Origin: a virus | Lineage: Duplodnaviria > Caudoviricetes | IMG/VR virus record: IMGVR_UViG_3300005336_000019 | Span: 1 to 64,000 of that record | DNA length: 64,000 nt | Reading direction: 5' to 3' (one strand) | Shown: piece by piece, positions 63,152 through 64,000 of the stretch | How the letters are laid out: every line of letters begins with the position of its first letter | Numbering within the stretch: position 1 is the first letter of the stretch | Notes under the pieces: generated by a model | What the model saw: only the letters and a program-made list of their open reading frames with translations | The model's database searches: none | What the model was told of the DNA's origin: nothing | Position numbers and translations under genes: made by a program

Positions 63152-63907
63152 TTGACCACGCTCAGCATCGACAACATGCCCGAGGTCGTCCACGAGCCGT
63201 ACGCCTTCCTGCTCGACAAGACGGGCGTCGAGCCCATCGTCGAGCGCAACGGCTACGGCAAGATCCTGCTCACCCACCTGGGCGAGCGGACGAAGATGAC
63301 CATCAAGTTCCGCCTCGACGGCCGGAAGTGGCGCTGGGAGAAGTCCCACCTCTTCATCGACGGCAAGGCCAAGCCCCTGGCCAGCGGATGGGACATGTAC
63401 GTCTCCATCTACAAGGACCCGGACAACGGCCGCAAGGACTTCGTCCCGGCGGGCGCCAAGAAGGCCAAGCTGCCCGAGATGCGCACCGTGGAGAACGAGG
63501 AGCACCTGCCCTCGACGGTGGCCGAGTGCCTGCGCAGCATGCGCGGCGCCAGCACCAAGACGACCACGGTCGTCACGGCCTCGATCTCGCTCGACGGCAA
63601 GCAGTACATCCTGAGCGTCACCGACACCGACGAGGACGGCGACGAGAGCACGGTCGCCCTCACCTTCGGGTTCGTCGGCGGCGGCTCCGGGTCGATGGAC
63701 TGGACGATCACGGGTGGGCTGGCGGTCAACCGCCGGGGCTACGACGTGACCAACCACCTTCACTGCGACCTGAACACGTTCCTCATGGACCTGCTCGGCG
63801 CCCAGTCGCGGGCCGCTCAGGTGCCGTTCGTCCCGGGCGGATCCGCCCAGCAGGCGGCGACCACGAACTCGGTCAACGTCCGCAAGTCCACCGTCTTCCG
63901 GATCTGA
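63152..63907 (+). CDS. hypothetical protein
   Basis: TTG after CGGAGAAGAG. Confidence 0.8.
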   Translation: MTTLSIDNMPEVVHEPYAFLLDKTGVEPIVERNGYGKILLTHLGERTKMTIKFRLDGRKWRWEKSHLFIDGKAKPLASGWDMYVSIYKDPDNGRKDFVPAGAKKAKLPEMRTVENEEHLPSTVAECLRSMRGASTKTTTVVTASISLDGKQYILSVTDTDEDGDESTVALTFGFVGGGSGSMDWTITGGLAVNRRGYDVTNHLHCDLNTFLMDLLGAQSRAAQVPFVPGGSAQQAATTNSVNVRKSTVFRI

Positions 63908-64000
63908 GGAGAGCCGTGCGACGCATCGACGAGCCGGACCGTGGCGACCTGGCCCGCGCCTACCTGGGCAGGGCCAGGGAGCACGCCGACTTCCTGAACG

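Noticed and set aside
1-64000. CRISPR array, reverse transcriptase/DGR, integrase or transposase
   Set aside because: No regularly spaced direct repeats or characteristic motifs were seen.
1-64000. Stop-codon reassignment
   Set aside because: TGA, TAG and TAA all end well-tiled genes, and no suppressor tRNA is present.
1-64000. Many long antisense or alternate-frame ORFs in the track (e.g. 58129-60330 +, 28903-30507 -, 42370-43935 +)
   Set aside because: These are shadow ORFs typical of high-GC DNA; they overlap better-supported genes that have RBSs and GC3 bias.

Overview
High-GC window, most likely from a large Streptomyces-type phage or phage-plasmid (host and lifestyle are inferred). 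Positions 1-37.2 kb are a dense + strand array of about 95 small, mostly unknown early or accessory genes. They include ArdA-like, DarG-like macrodomain, PNK-type HAD phosphatase, DGQHR/ParB-like and HicB-like genes. Positions 37.4-60.9 kb are mainly - strand: TerD, MmcB-like nuclease, MazG-like, dCMP deaminase, cold-shock protein, 11 tRNAs, a sortase-like protein, primase, DnaB helicase and a wHTH initiator. A probable origin region and an AbrB/RelE-type toxin-antitoxin pair follow. The most notable signals are non-coding. (1) Three complete type II hammerhead ribozymes each sit between a stop codon and the next RBS. (2) A second repeated structured motif occupies the same kind of slot and may be a new ribozyme or an RNase III site. 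(3) A 12-bp palindrome, TGRCCYRGGYCA, lies at about 11 promoter-like sites. (4) The tRNA cluster spacers hold structured RNAs, including a 98-nt tRNA mimic with a D-loop/anticodon-loop pairing, a free CAU anticodon stem-loop, and twin hairpins with C-rich loops. All protein family calls are from motif recognition by eye; no database search was run.
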